Positions 30,009 through 39,375 of a DNA stretch of 64,000 nucleotides are shown piece by piece. Below the pieces are notes generated by a model. The model was not told where the DNA came from, did no database searches, and was given only the letters and a program-made list of their open reading frames with translations. Source of the DNA: Candidatus Magasanikbacteria bacterium RIFCSPHIGHO2_01_FULL_41_23 (lineage in GTDB: Bacteria; Patescibacteriota; Patescibacteriia; Magasanikbacterales; UBA922); assembly GCA_001782805.1 (NCBI GenBank), contig MFPT01000002.1:133401-197400 (forward strand). The letters run 5' to 3'. Positions within the stretch are counted from its first letter, which is position 1; each line of letters begins with the position of its first letter. The translations under genes were made by a program, and so were the position numbers.

Positions 30009-30584
30009 TTAATCTGCCTTTTTCGCCACAATCACCTTCGCCACTTTCACCACTTTTCCTTTCATTATATATCCGCCATCAATTTCTCGAATAATAGTGT
30101 GTTCCGGCATCTCACTCACCTCTTCTCCCACACTATCATGCATTCGCGGATCAAACATTTCGCCAACGGTTTTTATTTCTTCAATCTGATGGGCTTTTAA
30201 GATATCGCCAAATTGTTTCATGATATAACCAATCCCTTGCGACCAATTGAGCCATTTTTTACCATCACTGCTTTCCGTTTGACTTTCTTCCACAACGTTC
30301 GGGACAGAGACAAACGCTTTTTTAAAATTATCATAGACAGGAATAAATTCTTCCAACACGCGCAGTTCGCTCCACGCTGCCCAATCTTTTTTTTGCTCGG
30401 CAACTTCGCGTTGCAAATTTTGGTAATCAGCCACTGCTCTTTGCCAGCCAGTCCGCAATGTTTCATTTTCTTTTTGCAATTGACCGGCCTCGTCATTAAT
30501 TTGTGCATTATTATTTTGTGTATCATTGACATCTTCTTCCGGCATAATCGGCTTTGTTGTTTGATTATCATCGATATTAGTCAT
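30009..30584 (-). CDS. grpE: nucleotide exchange factor GrpE
   Basis: Coiled-coil N-terminus, then a GrpE beta-sheet C-terminus (REIDGGYIMKGKVVKVAKV). Confidence 0.85.
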   Translation of the reverse strand: MTNIDDNQTTKPIMPEEDVNDTQNNNAQINDEAGQLQKENETLRTGWQRAVADYQNLQREVAEQKKDWAAWSELRVLEEFIPVYDNFKKAFVSVPNVVEESQTESSDGKKWLNWSQGIGYIMKQFGDILKAHQIEEIKTVGEMFDPRMHDSVGEEVSEMPEHTIIREIDGGYIMKGKVVKVAKVIVAKKAD

Positions 30585-31260
30585 ACTGGTTTTTTATAAA
30601 ATCAATTAAAGATTTACCTTTGGAATAATCCATACGGTGCGGTCCCAAAATCGTCAGCAATTTGCCACCAGGCAAACGCGCGCCAATCACACTGCAAACT
30701 CCGCCAAACGGATTTTCCGCACCAATGAAAATATGGGAAAAATCATCATCAAACTGTTCAAAGACTTCCTCAATATTTTCTTCACATTCATCAAAAATAT
30801 GCGATACGTCCACTGTTTGCGTCGAATCCTGAAACTCCGGCTGGGAAAATAAATTAGATAATCCGGTATAATACACTGTATTCCGGCCAAATGCCAGAAC
30901 TACGGCACTGTTCATTTCACCGGCGATTAATTTGCCCAATTGCTTTAATTGAATATTCTCCTCATCGTTTTCAGTGGTCAAAGTTTCAATGTTCACTTTT
31001 ATTTTTTTGGACAGTTCCTTTGGTCCTAATAATTCTTGAACATAAAAACGATAGCCTGTTTCCGTAGGAATCCGACCGGCCGAAACATGGGGATGGGTTA
31101 AAAAACCCGCGTCTTCCAAATCCCGCATCTCATTGCGCACCGTCGCGTCACTCATATCTAGGCTATATTCTGACACCAAAAATTTGGAGCCGATCGGTTC
31201 AGCCGTTTCAATATAGCTTTCCACAATCAGGCGCAATAAATTGTGCCGGCGATTAACCAT
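30577..31260 (-). CDS. hrcA: heat-inducible transcription repressor HrcA (short form)
   Basis: N-terminal winged helix RRHNLLRLIVESYIETAEPIGSKFLV; a CIRCE operator lies immediately upstream; 227 aa. Confidence 0.8.
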   Translation of the reverse strand: MVNRRHNLLRLIVESYIETAEPIGSKFLVSEYSLDMSDATVRNEMRDLEDAGFLTHPHVSAGRIPTETGYRFYVQELLGPKELSKKIKVNIETLTTENDEENIQLKQLGKLIAGEMNSAVVLAFGRNTVYYTGLSNLFSQPEFQDSTQTVDVSHIFDECEENIEEVFEQFDDDFSHIFIGAENPFGGVCSVIGARLPGGKLLTILGPHRMDYSKGKSLIDFIKNQYD

Positions 31261-31283
31261 ATGTTTCTTGGAACATCAGTATT

Positions 31284-31310
31284 TTAGCACTCAAATAGGT
31301 AGAGTGTTAA
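31284..31310. promoter_or_regulatory. CIRCE operator (HrcA binding site)
   Basis: TTAGCACTC-aaataggta-GAGTGTTAA matches TTAGCACTC-N9-GAGTGCTAA with one mismatch, 24 nt upstream of the hrcA ATG. Confidence 0.85.
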
Positions 31311-31337
31311 GATACCAGCTGTGGATAAGATTGTCAA
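31309..31337 (-). promoter_or_regulatory. sigma-70-like promoter for the hrcA-grpE-dnaK operon
   Basis: On the minus strand TTGACA-17 nt-TATCTT, with the -10 overlapping the CIRCE right arm. Confidence 0.5.
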
Positions 31338-31340
31338 TAA

Positions 31341-31373
31341 TCAAAAAATCCCCTGAGCGACTTGTGGGGGATT
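31341..31373 (-). terminator. rho-independent terminator downstream of the SPFH gene
   Basis: aatcccc/ggggatt 7-bp stem followed on the minus strand by UUUUUUG. Confidence 0.5.
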
Positions 31374-31394
31374 AATTGTCTAGACCAAGGTCAT

Positions 31395-31991
31395 TTATTC
31401 CGCCGCTTTAATCTTTGCTCCAGCCGTAATATCCGACACTTCACTCAAAAGCACATTTTCCACATAAATACCGCGCGGATAAAATATGCGTTCCAATTCA
31501 TTTTTCAATTCCAATTCCACATCATCGCGTTTAGCGCCAATCACATCATTCACGTTAAAACGGCTCACCACCATGCGAATGCGACTGCGTACTGTGGGAC
31601 GGATAATTTTAGACACAAAATCCTCGCCAATGGTTTGCCAAATATGAGGAATTTGATGCACATCCAACCGCAGTAACAACGTGCCTTCCACTGCCACTTT
31701 TTTACCATCTTCAGATACGGCCGCAATCGGAATATCGCCCAAAGCTTTTTCATTCTGCAGATTGAATTCTCGCGAAATACTGTATTCAAGTGTTTGGACA
31801 TTAAACAGCTTGGCTTTTTGCCAAAAAGGAATTTTAAAATGCAGTCCGGGCATGAGCACTTTTTTCAAAACTCCCCGACCCAAATCATACACGCAGGCCA
31901 CGTATCCAGGCGGAACATAAATAAAAAATCCCTTAAGAACATCTTCCACGACGAACGAATACATTAATTTATCGAGTGATTCCGTGGACAT
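31395..31991 (-). CDS. SPFH/Band 7 domain protein (prohibitin/HflKC-like)
   Basis: Band 7 core (VPPGYVACVYDLGRGV ... IIRPTVRSRIRMVVSRFNVNDVIG). Confidence 0.7.
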   Translation of the reverse strand: MSTESLDKLMYSFVVEDVLKGFFIYVPPGYVACVYDLGRGVLKKVLMPGLHFKIPFWQKAKLFNVQTLEYSISREFNLQNEKALGDIPIAAVSEDGKKVAVEGTLLLRLDVHQIPHIWQTIGEDFVSKIIRPTVRSRIRMVVSRFNVNDVIGAKRDDVELELKNELERIFYPRGIYVENVLLSEVSDITAGAKIKAAE

Positions 31992-32021
31992 ATTTTTTTG
32001 AAATTATGGTATTAAAAATAA

Positions 32022-32121
32022 AAATTCACTGCAAATCTTTTTCTGAGATCCGCCCGACCGGGACGGACTCAAAAAAGCTTTAGGAGTTTATCCCGACTTG
32101 TCGGGGTTCCATTTTTATTTT
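32022..32121 (+). repeat. intergenic hairpin/terminator repeat element, copy B
   Basis: aaaataaaaattcactgcaaatcttttt + 65-nt insert + cttgtcggggttccatttttattttt; same arms as copies A and C. Confidence 0.7.
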
Positions 32122-32138
32122 TAACAATTATTTAAAAT

Positions 32139-32843
32139 TTAATGCGATGCTGACTTTTTCTTATCTCCAACAATGGCTTTCATAAACTGGTGGATTATAA
32201 ACGAAAAAAGCATAGATGTCAAGATGAACACTGATTTAACCGCTGGCAACCACCACAGAAAAAAAGCGACAAACAGAGGAAAAGCCACGAAATACAACAA
32301 ATCAGAACTTGACGCTTTTTGCCCGCGCAGCATAAAGTAGATTTCTCCGGCCAGCCACAGACCCACTATGCCGGGCCAAAAATACGTGTGAGTGAGCGCC
32401 AGATTAAAACCAAAAAAAATCGTATTGATTTTGCCCGGAAAATCAACAGCCGGATACAAAATCTTCATAATTTTGTCACCTGTTATCCCCCGCAAAAAGA
32501 CCTGATACAATAAAATAAAAACCAACACTTGCACTCCAATGGAAACAAATTTGGCCCATGGATACACGCGGCGTTTTTTGAGAATTTTTCTAATTTCCTG
32601 CTTCTTCAAAACCGGATCATGTAAGTACTCCCGATCAATGCGCTGAACTTCGTCGTATAACGCCTCATTTTTGATTTTGCCTTTTTCCGTCACTATCGTA
32701 AAAGGCAACAACACTATTCGTAGAATAATCGTCAAATACACAATCGCCCAACCCAAATTTTGGTCAGTCCAGTTATTGTATATCCAAATCAGAAAATTAA
32801 AGAGAGGCTGATATAGGAAATCATTCCAAAGGAAGGGAAGCAT
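32139..32843 (-). CDS. yidC: membrane protein insertase YidC/Oxa1 family (short Gram-positive type)
   Basis: LYQPLFNFLIWIY...IVYLTIILRIVLLPFTIV N-terminal signature; five predicted TM helices. Confidence 0.75.
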   Translation of the reverse strand: MLPFLWNDFLYQPLFNFLIWIYNNWTDQNLGWAIVYLTIILRIVLLPFTIVTEKGKIKNEALYDEVQRIDREYLHDPVLKKQEIRKILKKRRVYPWAKFVSIGVQVLVFILLYQVFLRGITGDKIMKILYPAVDFPGKINTIFFGFNLALTHTYFWPGIVGLWLAGEIYFMLRGQKASSSDLLYFVAFPLFVAFFLWWLPAVKSVFILTSMLFSFIIHQFMKAIVGDKKKSASH

Positions 32844-32885
32844 AGTAGAATCACTATAGCAAAAAAAAATCCATCCGTAAACCGG

Positions 32886-33881
32886 CTATTTTCCTTGGGC
32901 AATCAAATCAATTAAACCAAAAATCCAAATCAAATTCACTTCATCGGCCACTTGTTCGGATACGACGCCCGTTGTTTCCACTGTTATGGCATGCTCCGCT
33001 CCCAAACGATGCAGCAAATCAGGAAAAGAACCTTCATACCGAATGATGAAACCATCCGCATCACTTTTCAAATCCGGATCATCAAGCACAATCTGACCAT
33101 CACGGACAACTTCCGGCACAAAATCCGAACCATTGAGATAACCGGAATTGACATACTCATTGGCTAAAATCGGAACAATCTCACGAATTTTTTCCACTAT
33201 AACGTGATAACGCGCAACATCTCCATACGCATAATGATACGCATATGGCCGGTTAATAAAATTATCACCATGTAAATCAATGACGCCGACAATTTGTGAC
33301 AAAGGTAATTTTTTCAGTTCGGTATGGAGCAGAGTGGTTTCTTGGGGCAAATGAAATCTAAACATTGAATCCGATGACCATTTCCACTCTTTAAATTCAT
33401 TTTTTGATCCCAAATCATCGGTCATAGTGCCGTCGGCCAAAATATAACGAACAAAGTCATTATTACCCGCATCACCCCGATCCCCCTCAATATTATATCG
33501 CGTGCGAGCTTCAAATCCGGAGGGATTGTCCAATGGAAAAACAATTAGCTTAACGCCGCGTTCATGCGCGTAATCAAATATCTGACCAATATGTTTCATT
33601 AGTGTTAATACGCCTGCGGTTTCATTGCCGTGAATGCCGGCCCGAATCAAAAGAATTTTTTCAGTCAACAAAACTGGCGCGGAAGAAATTTTTACATAGT
33701 CGTATTTTTTTTCTTCGCATAAATTTTTATAATTCAGTTCCCCTACTTTTTCCATTCTAACATCGGTGTGATTATCAAGCGCGTTATGAATTTTTTTCAA
33801 AAATTGTTGATGCGTTGGTAATACCATATTGGTTTCCCTATTATTCTTTCTCCCAATCTTGAACATCTTGCAAATACTCAT
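32886..33881 (-). CDS. succinylglutamate desuccinylase/aspartoacylase (AstE/AspA, M14-like) family protein
   Basis: GIHGNETAG zinc-binding motif; an alternative start at 33827 (MVLPTHQQ, with upstream GGGAAA) would remove the 41-nt overlap with cca. Confidence 0.6.
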   Translation of the reverse strand: MSICKMFKIGRKNNRETNMVLPTHQQFLKKIHNALDNHTDVRMEKVGELNYKNLCEEKKYDYVKISSAPVLLTEKILLIRAGIHGNETAGVLTLMKHIGQIFDYAHERGVKLIVFPLDNPSGFEARTRYNIEGDRGDAGNNDFVRYILADGTMTDDLGSKNEFKEWKWSSDSMFRFHLPQETTLLHTELKKLPLSQIVGVIDLHGDNFINRPYAYHYAYGDVARYHVIVEKIREIVPILANEYVNSGYLNGSDFVPEVVRDGQIVLDDPDLKSDADGFIIRYEGSFPDLLHRLGAEHAITVETTGVVSEQVADEVNLIWIFGLIDLIAQGK

Positions 33882-35328
33882 CTTTAACTTTCAAAAAATA
33901 TTCTTTCACCGCGTCGTACTCATTCGGAATTAGACCATCAAGAATCGCGTCTTCCAAAGCTTTTTTTATTTTGCCAATTGTTGGACCGGATTTAAGCCCG
34001 CACATTTCCATAATTTCTTCGCCCCGCACCGGAGACTGAAACGCGCGCAACTTGTCTTTTTCCATTACTTCCAGAATGCGTTTCTCCAAAACATCGTAAT
34101 TTTTTAGCCGTTGCCCTTTTTTCTTGGGATTTCCCGTGGTAATATCCGCCCGACACAAAATAAGTAAATCAGCCAAATCATCACCCGCGTTCACAATCAA
34201 ACGACGAATTGGCGCGTCTGTGATTCCATCATCGGTAATCGCGATGGGATACAAATGCCAACGAACTAATTTCGCTACATATTCAATTTCTTCTTTGCTA
34301 AAACGCAAACGACGCGAAATTACGCGCGCTTGTTTTTTGCCTAAATGTTCGTGCATATCAAAAGTCCAGCCGCGACCGGACACGAATTTTTTTGTTTCGG
34401 GCTTGGCAATGTCATGCAATAAACCAGCATAACGCAAAAGTGACTTGGGACTTTGCAGCGCAATATTATCCACCACTTTAAACGTATGCGACAAATTATC
34501 TTTGTGCTGATATCCATACACATCCTCAATTCCTTCAAGCATTGATATTTCCGGTAAAAATTCATTGAATAATTTTGTTTCGTGCAAAATATACAAACCG
34601 ATGGAAGGAATTTTAGTGGCCAATAATTTCATTAATTCTTCTCTGATTCGTTCCGGCGAAACGATTTTTAACCGCGCGCGATTGACTGACAACGCCTCGT
34701 ATGTTTTGTGCTCAATGCTAAAACCAAGTTGAGCCGCAAATCGCGCCGCGCGTAACATCCGGAGCGGATCTTCGGAAAATGTCTCAGCGGAATTAAGCGG
34801 CGTGCGCAACAGTTTATTGGTTAAATCAATCTGACCATTAAACGGATCAATAATTTCCGCGCTCACTGCGCCAGCCAAAACTTCTCGAGCCATGGCATTA
34901 ATGGTAAAATCTCGCCGTGACAAATCCAAATCCAAAGTAGTCGCGGTTATTGTTGGTTTGCGAGAATTTTTCTCATAGGCTTCAGCGCGAGCGCCGGCAA
35001 ACTCAACTTCTTTAATTCCCTCGTTGTCGGCAAAAACAAAGCGCGCTGTATCAAAATCCGGAAATTCAATGAGACTTCCGACTTTGGCTTCGGATTCTTG
35101 AGCACTATGACCAAATTTGTCCGTATCCTCAACTTCTTTTACGCCGAGCATTTCCGCAAACGCGCGGGCAAATTCCAATCCACTGCCAACGATGACAAAA
35201 TCAATGTCTTTTTTATGACATCCCGAATTTAAAATCTCATCACGCACATAACCCCCGACCACATAGGCGGTTTGATTTGTTTTTTGGGAAATTTTATATA
35301 CGACCACGAAAATTTCTGATTCATTCAT
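33841..35328 (-). CDS. cca: CCA-adding tRNA nucleotidyltransferase with an HD domain
   Basis: Pol-beta head YVVGGYVRDEILN; C-terminal HD motif (LLHDIAKPE); 495 aa. Confidence 0.85.
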   Translation of the reverse strand: MNESEIFVVVYKISQKTNQTAYVVGGYVRDEILNSGCHKKDIDFVIVGSGLEFARAFAEMLGVKEVEDTDKFGHSAQESEAKVGSLIEFPDFDTARFVFADNEGIKEVEFAGARAEAYEKNSRKPTITATTLDLDLSRRDFTINAMAREVLAGAVSAEIIDPFNGQIDLTNKLLRTPLNSAETFSEDPLRMLRAARFAAQLGFSIEHKTYEALSVNRARLKIVSPERIREELMKLLATKIPSIGLYILHETKLFNEFLPEISMLEGIEDVYGYQHKDNLSHTFKVVDNIALQSPKSLLRYAGLLHDIAKPETKKFVSGRGWTFDMHEHLGKKQARVISRRLRFSKEEIEYVAKLVRWHLYPIAITDDGITDAPIRRLIVNAGDDLADLLILCRADITTGNPKKKGQRLKNYDVLEKRILEVMEKDKLRAFQSPVRGEEIMEMCGLKSGPTIGKIKKALEDAILDGLIPNEYDAVKEYFLKVKDEYLQDVQDWEKE

Positions 35329-35351
35329 ATTATAAAGCGTATTGATTAAAA

Positions 35352-35400
35352 TAAAAATGGAATCCCGACAAAAAAAGATTTGCAGTGAATTTTTATTTTA
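35352..35400 (-). repeat. intergenic repeat element, copy C (short form lacking the insert)
   Basis: Reverse complement reads aaaataaaaattcactgcaaatctttttttgtcgggattccatttttatttta, i.e. copy B with the 65-nt insert deleted. Confidence 0.7.
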
Positions 35401-35406
35401 ATTTCT

Positions 35407-36291
35407 TTAGATCAAATACCACAAAATAAAAACACCGATAATTACTCGATACACGACAAACGGCATAAAACTCCATTTTTTAACAATTTTTAATAATCCA
35501 CTAATCGCGACCAATCCGCTTAAAAAAGCCACCACAAATCCCAACAACATTATATTAATTTCCTCGCCGTTAAAATTGACATTATATAATTTATATAAGG
35601 CATCCAAACCGGCCAACGCCGTAATCGGCACACTCATTAAAAAAGAAAATTCCGCGGCCGCGCTTCGACTTAATCCGGAAAATAAACCTGCAGTCATAGT
35701 AATCCCTGATCGCGATGTTCCGGGTAAAAATGCCAAAACCTGAGCAAAACTCATCACCATGATTGATTTTATATTTTTATCGAAAATATTTTCTGTTCCG
35801 ACTTGACTCTTGGTTAAGCTCGGTCGAATCTCTGGAACTTGCTTTTTCTTATTTGCATAATAATCAGCGACACCCAAAACAATTCCCCAGACAATTAGAT
35901 TAATCCCAACCAATAATGCGTTTCGTTCGTTGGTTTGCAAAAATAATCCCACGACTCCGGCCGGAAGCGCGCTGACCATAATCATCCAACCGATTTTTCT
36001 ATCAGCGCGCAATTCTTGTCCTCGTGAAAAAATCGCCAAAATTAATTGCCCTAACTTTTTCCGAAAATAAATAATCACGGCCAAGAGCGTACCCAAGTGC
36101 ATCACCAGATCAAACGCCACACCTTGATCCGTCCAACCGAATAACTTTGGAATAAAAATAAGATGACCGGATGAAGAAACCGGTAAAAATTCCGTTAATC
36201 CTTGGATAAGACCCAAGACAATCGCTTGAACCGAAGTCATATTTGTCAAAATCACTGGCCTAAATGTACCAAATTTTACCCAAAAAAACAA
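35407..36291 (-). CDS. uppP: undecaprenyl-diphosphatase
   Basis: GLIQGLTEFLPVSSSGHL and GTSRSGITM motifs; 8 TM helices. Confidence 0.9.
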   Translation of the reverse strand: MFFWVKFGTFRPVILTNMTSVQAIVLGLIQGLTEFLPVSSSGHLIFIPKLFGWTDQGVAFDLVMHLGTLLAVIIYFRKKLGQLILAIFSRGQELRADRKIGWMIMVSALPAGVVGLFLQTNERNALLVGINLIVWGIVLGVADYYANKKKQVPEIRPSLTKSQVGTENIFDKNIKSIMVMSFAQVLAFLPGTSRSGITMTAGLFSGLSRSAAAEFSFLMSVPITALAGLDALYKLYNVNFNGEEINIMLLGFVVAFLSGLVAISGLLKIVKKWSFMPFVVYRVIIGVFILWYLI

Positions 36292-36368
36292 GCCAAATGA
36301 ATTGACAAAACCAAGTTATTGCCGTATAAGTTCACTGTCCGGTCGGCCTCCTACGCAGGAGGTGACCA

Positions 36369-36737
36369 ATGAGAATACTTGTTGTGGATGACCAACCCGC
36401 GGTCAGAAAATTACTCGTCCGCTTCCTCGAAGGACGCGGGCATAGTGTGACAACTGCCAGCAACGGCAATGAAGGATTCGCCGCTGACCAGACCACGATG
36501 GATCTGGTGATTACAGATCTGGAAATGCCGGAAATGTCCGGCGACCAGATGATCAATCAGCTCCACGAATCAGGCAAGGACATCCCGTTCATCTTGATGT
36601 CAGGGAATCATCAAGAGCTCGGGGTTCGTGGTTTGGCTCTCAAACAGTGGAACATTCGTGTTGCCACTATTCAGAAGCCGTTCTCTCCCAGCCTACTCGT
36701 CACCACGGTGGCCGACGAGTTCGGGTTGAAGATCTAA
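36369..36737 (+). CDS. single-domain response regulator (CheY-like receiver)
   Basis: DD pair (VVDDQP), phospho-acceptor Asp in LVITDLEMP, S/T in ILMSG, K in QKPF; AGGAGGTG Shine-Dalgarno 4 nt before the ATG; about 53% GC. Confidence 0.8.
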   Translation: MRILVVDDQPAVRKLLVRFLEGRGHSVTTASNGNEGFAADQTTMDLVITDLEMPEMSGDQMINQLHESGKDIPFILMSGNHQELGVRGLALKQWNIRVATIQKPFSPSLLVTTVADEFGLKI

Positions 36738-36821
36738 CTTGGAGGCCGATCGGACACCTCCACACAAACAAAAAATCTCTCCTTAAATATAGAGAGATTT
36801 TTTTATTAAAATTTGTTCCAA

Positions 36822-37976
36822 TTAACTCTGTGACAATGATTGTTTCAACTCCTCTATTTTATCTATTTTTTCCCACGGAAATTCCGGCCGACCAAAATGA
36901 CCATAGGCCGCAGTCTCGCGATAAATTGGACGTTTTAGATTAAAGTATTCAATGATTTTTCCCGGACGAAAATCAAAAACTTTTATAATAGCGGAGACAA
37001 GAGCGCTATCACTCACCGTGCCCGTACCAAATGTATTAATGTTTACGCTGGTTGGTTCGGCGCGGCCAATGACGTACGAAACTTGGACTTCACATTTTTT
37101 GGCTAGACCGGCGGCTACAATATTTTTGGCCACATAGCGCACCATATACGCGCCGGAACGATCCACTTTGGATGGATCTTTTCCGGAAAAACAACCACCA
37201 CCATGCCGTCCCATACCGCCATACGTGTCCACAATTATTTTGCGACCGGTCAAACCCGTGTCTCCGTGCGGTCCGCCAATCACAAATCGTCCGGTCATAT
37301 TAATAAAAAATTGCGTTTTATCGTCAATAAAATCCTGGCACACTGGTTTAATCACTTTTTCCAGAACATCAGTCCGAAGTTGTTCCAGCGTTACCGTATC
37401 ATGATGCTGTGCGGCCACGACCACATTTTCCAAACGCGTTGGCCGGCCGTCAACATATTCCACTGCCACTTGGGTTTTTCCATCAGGTCGAAGATATGGA
37501 ATAGTTCCATTTTTACGCACTTCCGATAATTTTTTCGCCAAACGATGCGCGAGTGAAATTGGTAATGGCATGAGTTCCGGTGTTTCATCACAAGCATAAC
37601 CAAACATCAAACCTTGATCTCCTGCTCCTTGTTCTTCCGCGCTCGGTTTTGTTACACCTTGCGCAATGTCCGGTGATTGTTCGTGAATCGCGGCGAGGAC
37701 TCCGGCGTGTTCCGCGTCTATGCCATAATCCGGATTAGTGTACCCAATACTTTCAATCACTTCGCGCGTTATTTTTTGGACATCCACATAACCACGCGTG
37801 GTGACTTCCCCACCCACAATGACTAAACCGGTGGTAGTAAAACATTCCACGGCCACGCGCGATTCCGGGTCTTGCGCCAAAAGCGCGTCCAACACCGCGT
37901 CGGAAATCTGATCACAAATTTTGTCCGGATGACCTTCAGTCACGGATTCGGACGTAAAAATAAATTTTTCGGCCAT
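36822..37976 (-). CDS. metK: S-adenosylmethionine synthetase
   Basis: [23 protein letters not shown] and DTYGG signatures. Confidence 0.97.
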   Translation of the reverse strand: MAEKFIFTSESVTEGHPDKICDQISDAVLDALLAQDPESRVAVECFTTTGLVIVGGEVTTRGYVDVQKITREVIESIGYTNPDYGIDAEHAGVLAAIHEQSPDIAQGVTKPSAEEQGAGDQGLMFGYACDETPELMPLPISLAHRLAKKLSEVRKNGTIPYLRPDGKTQVAVEYVDGRPTRLENVVVAAQHHDTVTLEQLRTDVLEKVIKPVCQDFIDDKTQFFINMTGRFVIGGPHGDTGLTGRKIIVDTYGGMGRHGGGCFSGKDPSKVDRSGAYMVRYVAKNIVAAGLAKKCEVQVSYVIGRAEPTSVNINTFGTGTVSDSALVSAIIKVFDFRPGKIIEYFNLKRPIYRETAAYGHFGRPEFPWEKIDKIEELKQSLSQS

Positions 37977-37979
37977 AAA

Positions 37980-38140
37980 GGCGTTTAGACACCGATGGAA
38001 ACTCGAGGGACGAGCAGGACGTTGTTGACTAGCAAGCTTCCTTTGTCAAAGGAAATTACCACCCTTCGACCGCTCACTTGTGGTGAGATAGCCGAACCAG
38101 GGTAAACCAACAACGAACACCATTGGTATGAATAATGATT
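37980..38140 (-). promoter_or_regulatory. structured GC-rich 5' leader of metK (candidate SAM-responsive riboswitch, class unresolved)
   Basis: Minus-strand leader has a long-range stem UCGUUGUUGG...UCAACAACG enclosing the hairpins CUCACcacaaGUGAG and UCCUUUGacAAAGGA; about 52% GC. Confidence 0.3.
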
Positions 38141-38182
38141 TAATGATAACAAAAACCGAAATTTTTTACAAGAATAAAATCT

Positions 38183-39334
38183 TTATCTTTCAATAAAATG
38201 ACGCACAATACTTTCAATAGTAATACATTCAAAATGAGCATTTGGATAGACGGTTTTGAATGAAATCGGCGCGTTAGCCATTTCCTTCCATTTGCATTCA
38301 TAAGCAAAAATATCTTTACCTCCACTCAATGATTCAACAAAATCCACTTCACCTCCCTGTCTATTCCTCCAAAAATGTATATCACTTGAACGCTGACTAT
38401 AAGCGCGCTCCTTTATTTTTTCAGCAATAAAAAAATTCTCAAATATCGCGCCCTTATCCGGTCGAATATCTATCGAATCAGTATTGCCGATGAGTGCGTT
38501 TCTTATCCCGACATCATAAAAATATATTTTGTGACTCTTATTAATCTCTTTTGTTTTATTGGTATAAAGCGGTGTCAAACGAAAAATAATAAAAGCCTGT
38601 TCAAGCAGATTTATATAATTATAGATAGTATCTCTACTCACGCCGACTTCTTTCGCCAGCTCTGTATACGAAGCCTCGCTTCCAATACGCAAAGCAAGAA
38701 GTTTTACCAGTTTTTCAAAAGCAAACGAGTTGCGTATATCTCCAAATAAAAATAAATCTTTGAACAGATAATCGCCGGCTAGCTCTTTTATAAGTATCGC
38801 CTTTTCTTCTCTGGAATTGGCGTTAACAATTCCTGGATACAAACCGAATGTCAGATAGGAATCAAGTTCCTTGTCTATATTTATCTTCCCATATGCGTCA
38901 ACAAGCTCTTTAATTGATAATGGATATAAATAAAATTTACGATTTCTTCCAGTCAATGGCTCATTTAATTTATTGGCTAATTCAAATGAAGATGATCCGC
39001 TAGCAATAACTCGTGCATCTTCCACATTGTCCGCTATCAGTTTAAGCGTAGTGCCAATATCTTTTACTCTTTGTGCTTCGTCAATTACTACTAATTCATA
39101 GCCGGACACGAGCGAAGCCAGTTCTTTGGCGGATTTATGTTCAAGTAAAAGGGCTTCTTTAGGATCGTCTCCCTGTAAATACAAGGTATTGGAAAACTTG
39201 GCCATGATAGACTTTATCAAAGTAGTTTTGCCAACCTGTCGCGCACCATAAAGCACCAAAATTGGTTTTTTACCTATATTGTCATAGATTTGATCAAAAA
39301 TTGTTCTTATATAATTCATAGGTATAATATACAA
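38183..39334 (-). CDS. AAA+ ATPase, DUF4143 family (second paralog)
   Basis: Walker A GARQVGKTT, Walker B VVIDEAQ; same architecture as 10560-11969. Confidence 0.75.
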   Translation of the reverse strand: MYIIPMNYIRTIFDQIYDNIGKKPILVLYGARQVGKTTLIKSIMAKFSNTLYLQGDDPKEALLLEHKSAKELASLVSGYELVVIDEAQRVKDIGTTLKLIADNVEDARVIASGSSSFELANKLNEPLTGRNRKFYLYPLSIKELVDAYGKINIDKELDSYLTFGLYPGIVNANSREEKAILIKELAGDYLFKDLFLFGDIRNSFAFEKLVKLLALRIGSEASYTELAKEVGVSRDTIYNYINLLEQAFIIFRLTPLYTNKTKEINKSHKIYFYDVGIRNALIGNTDSIDIRPDKGAIFENFFIAEKIKERAYSQRSSDIHFWRNRQGGEVDFVESLSGGKDIFAYECKWKEMANAPISFKTVYPNAHFECITIESIVRHFIER

Positions 39335-39375
39335 TATAAGTACTTAAAATGTCAAGTATACCCGCATTTTATATA

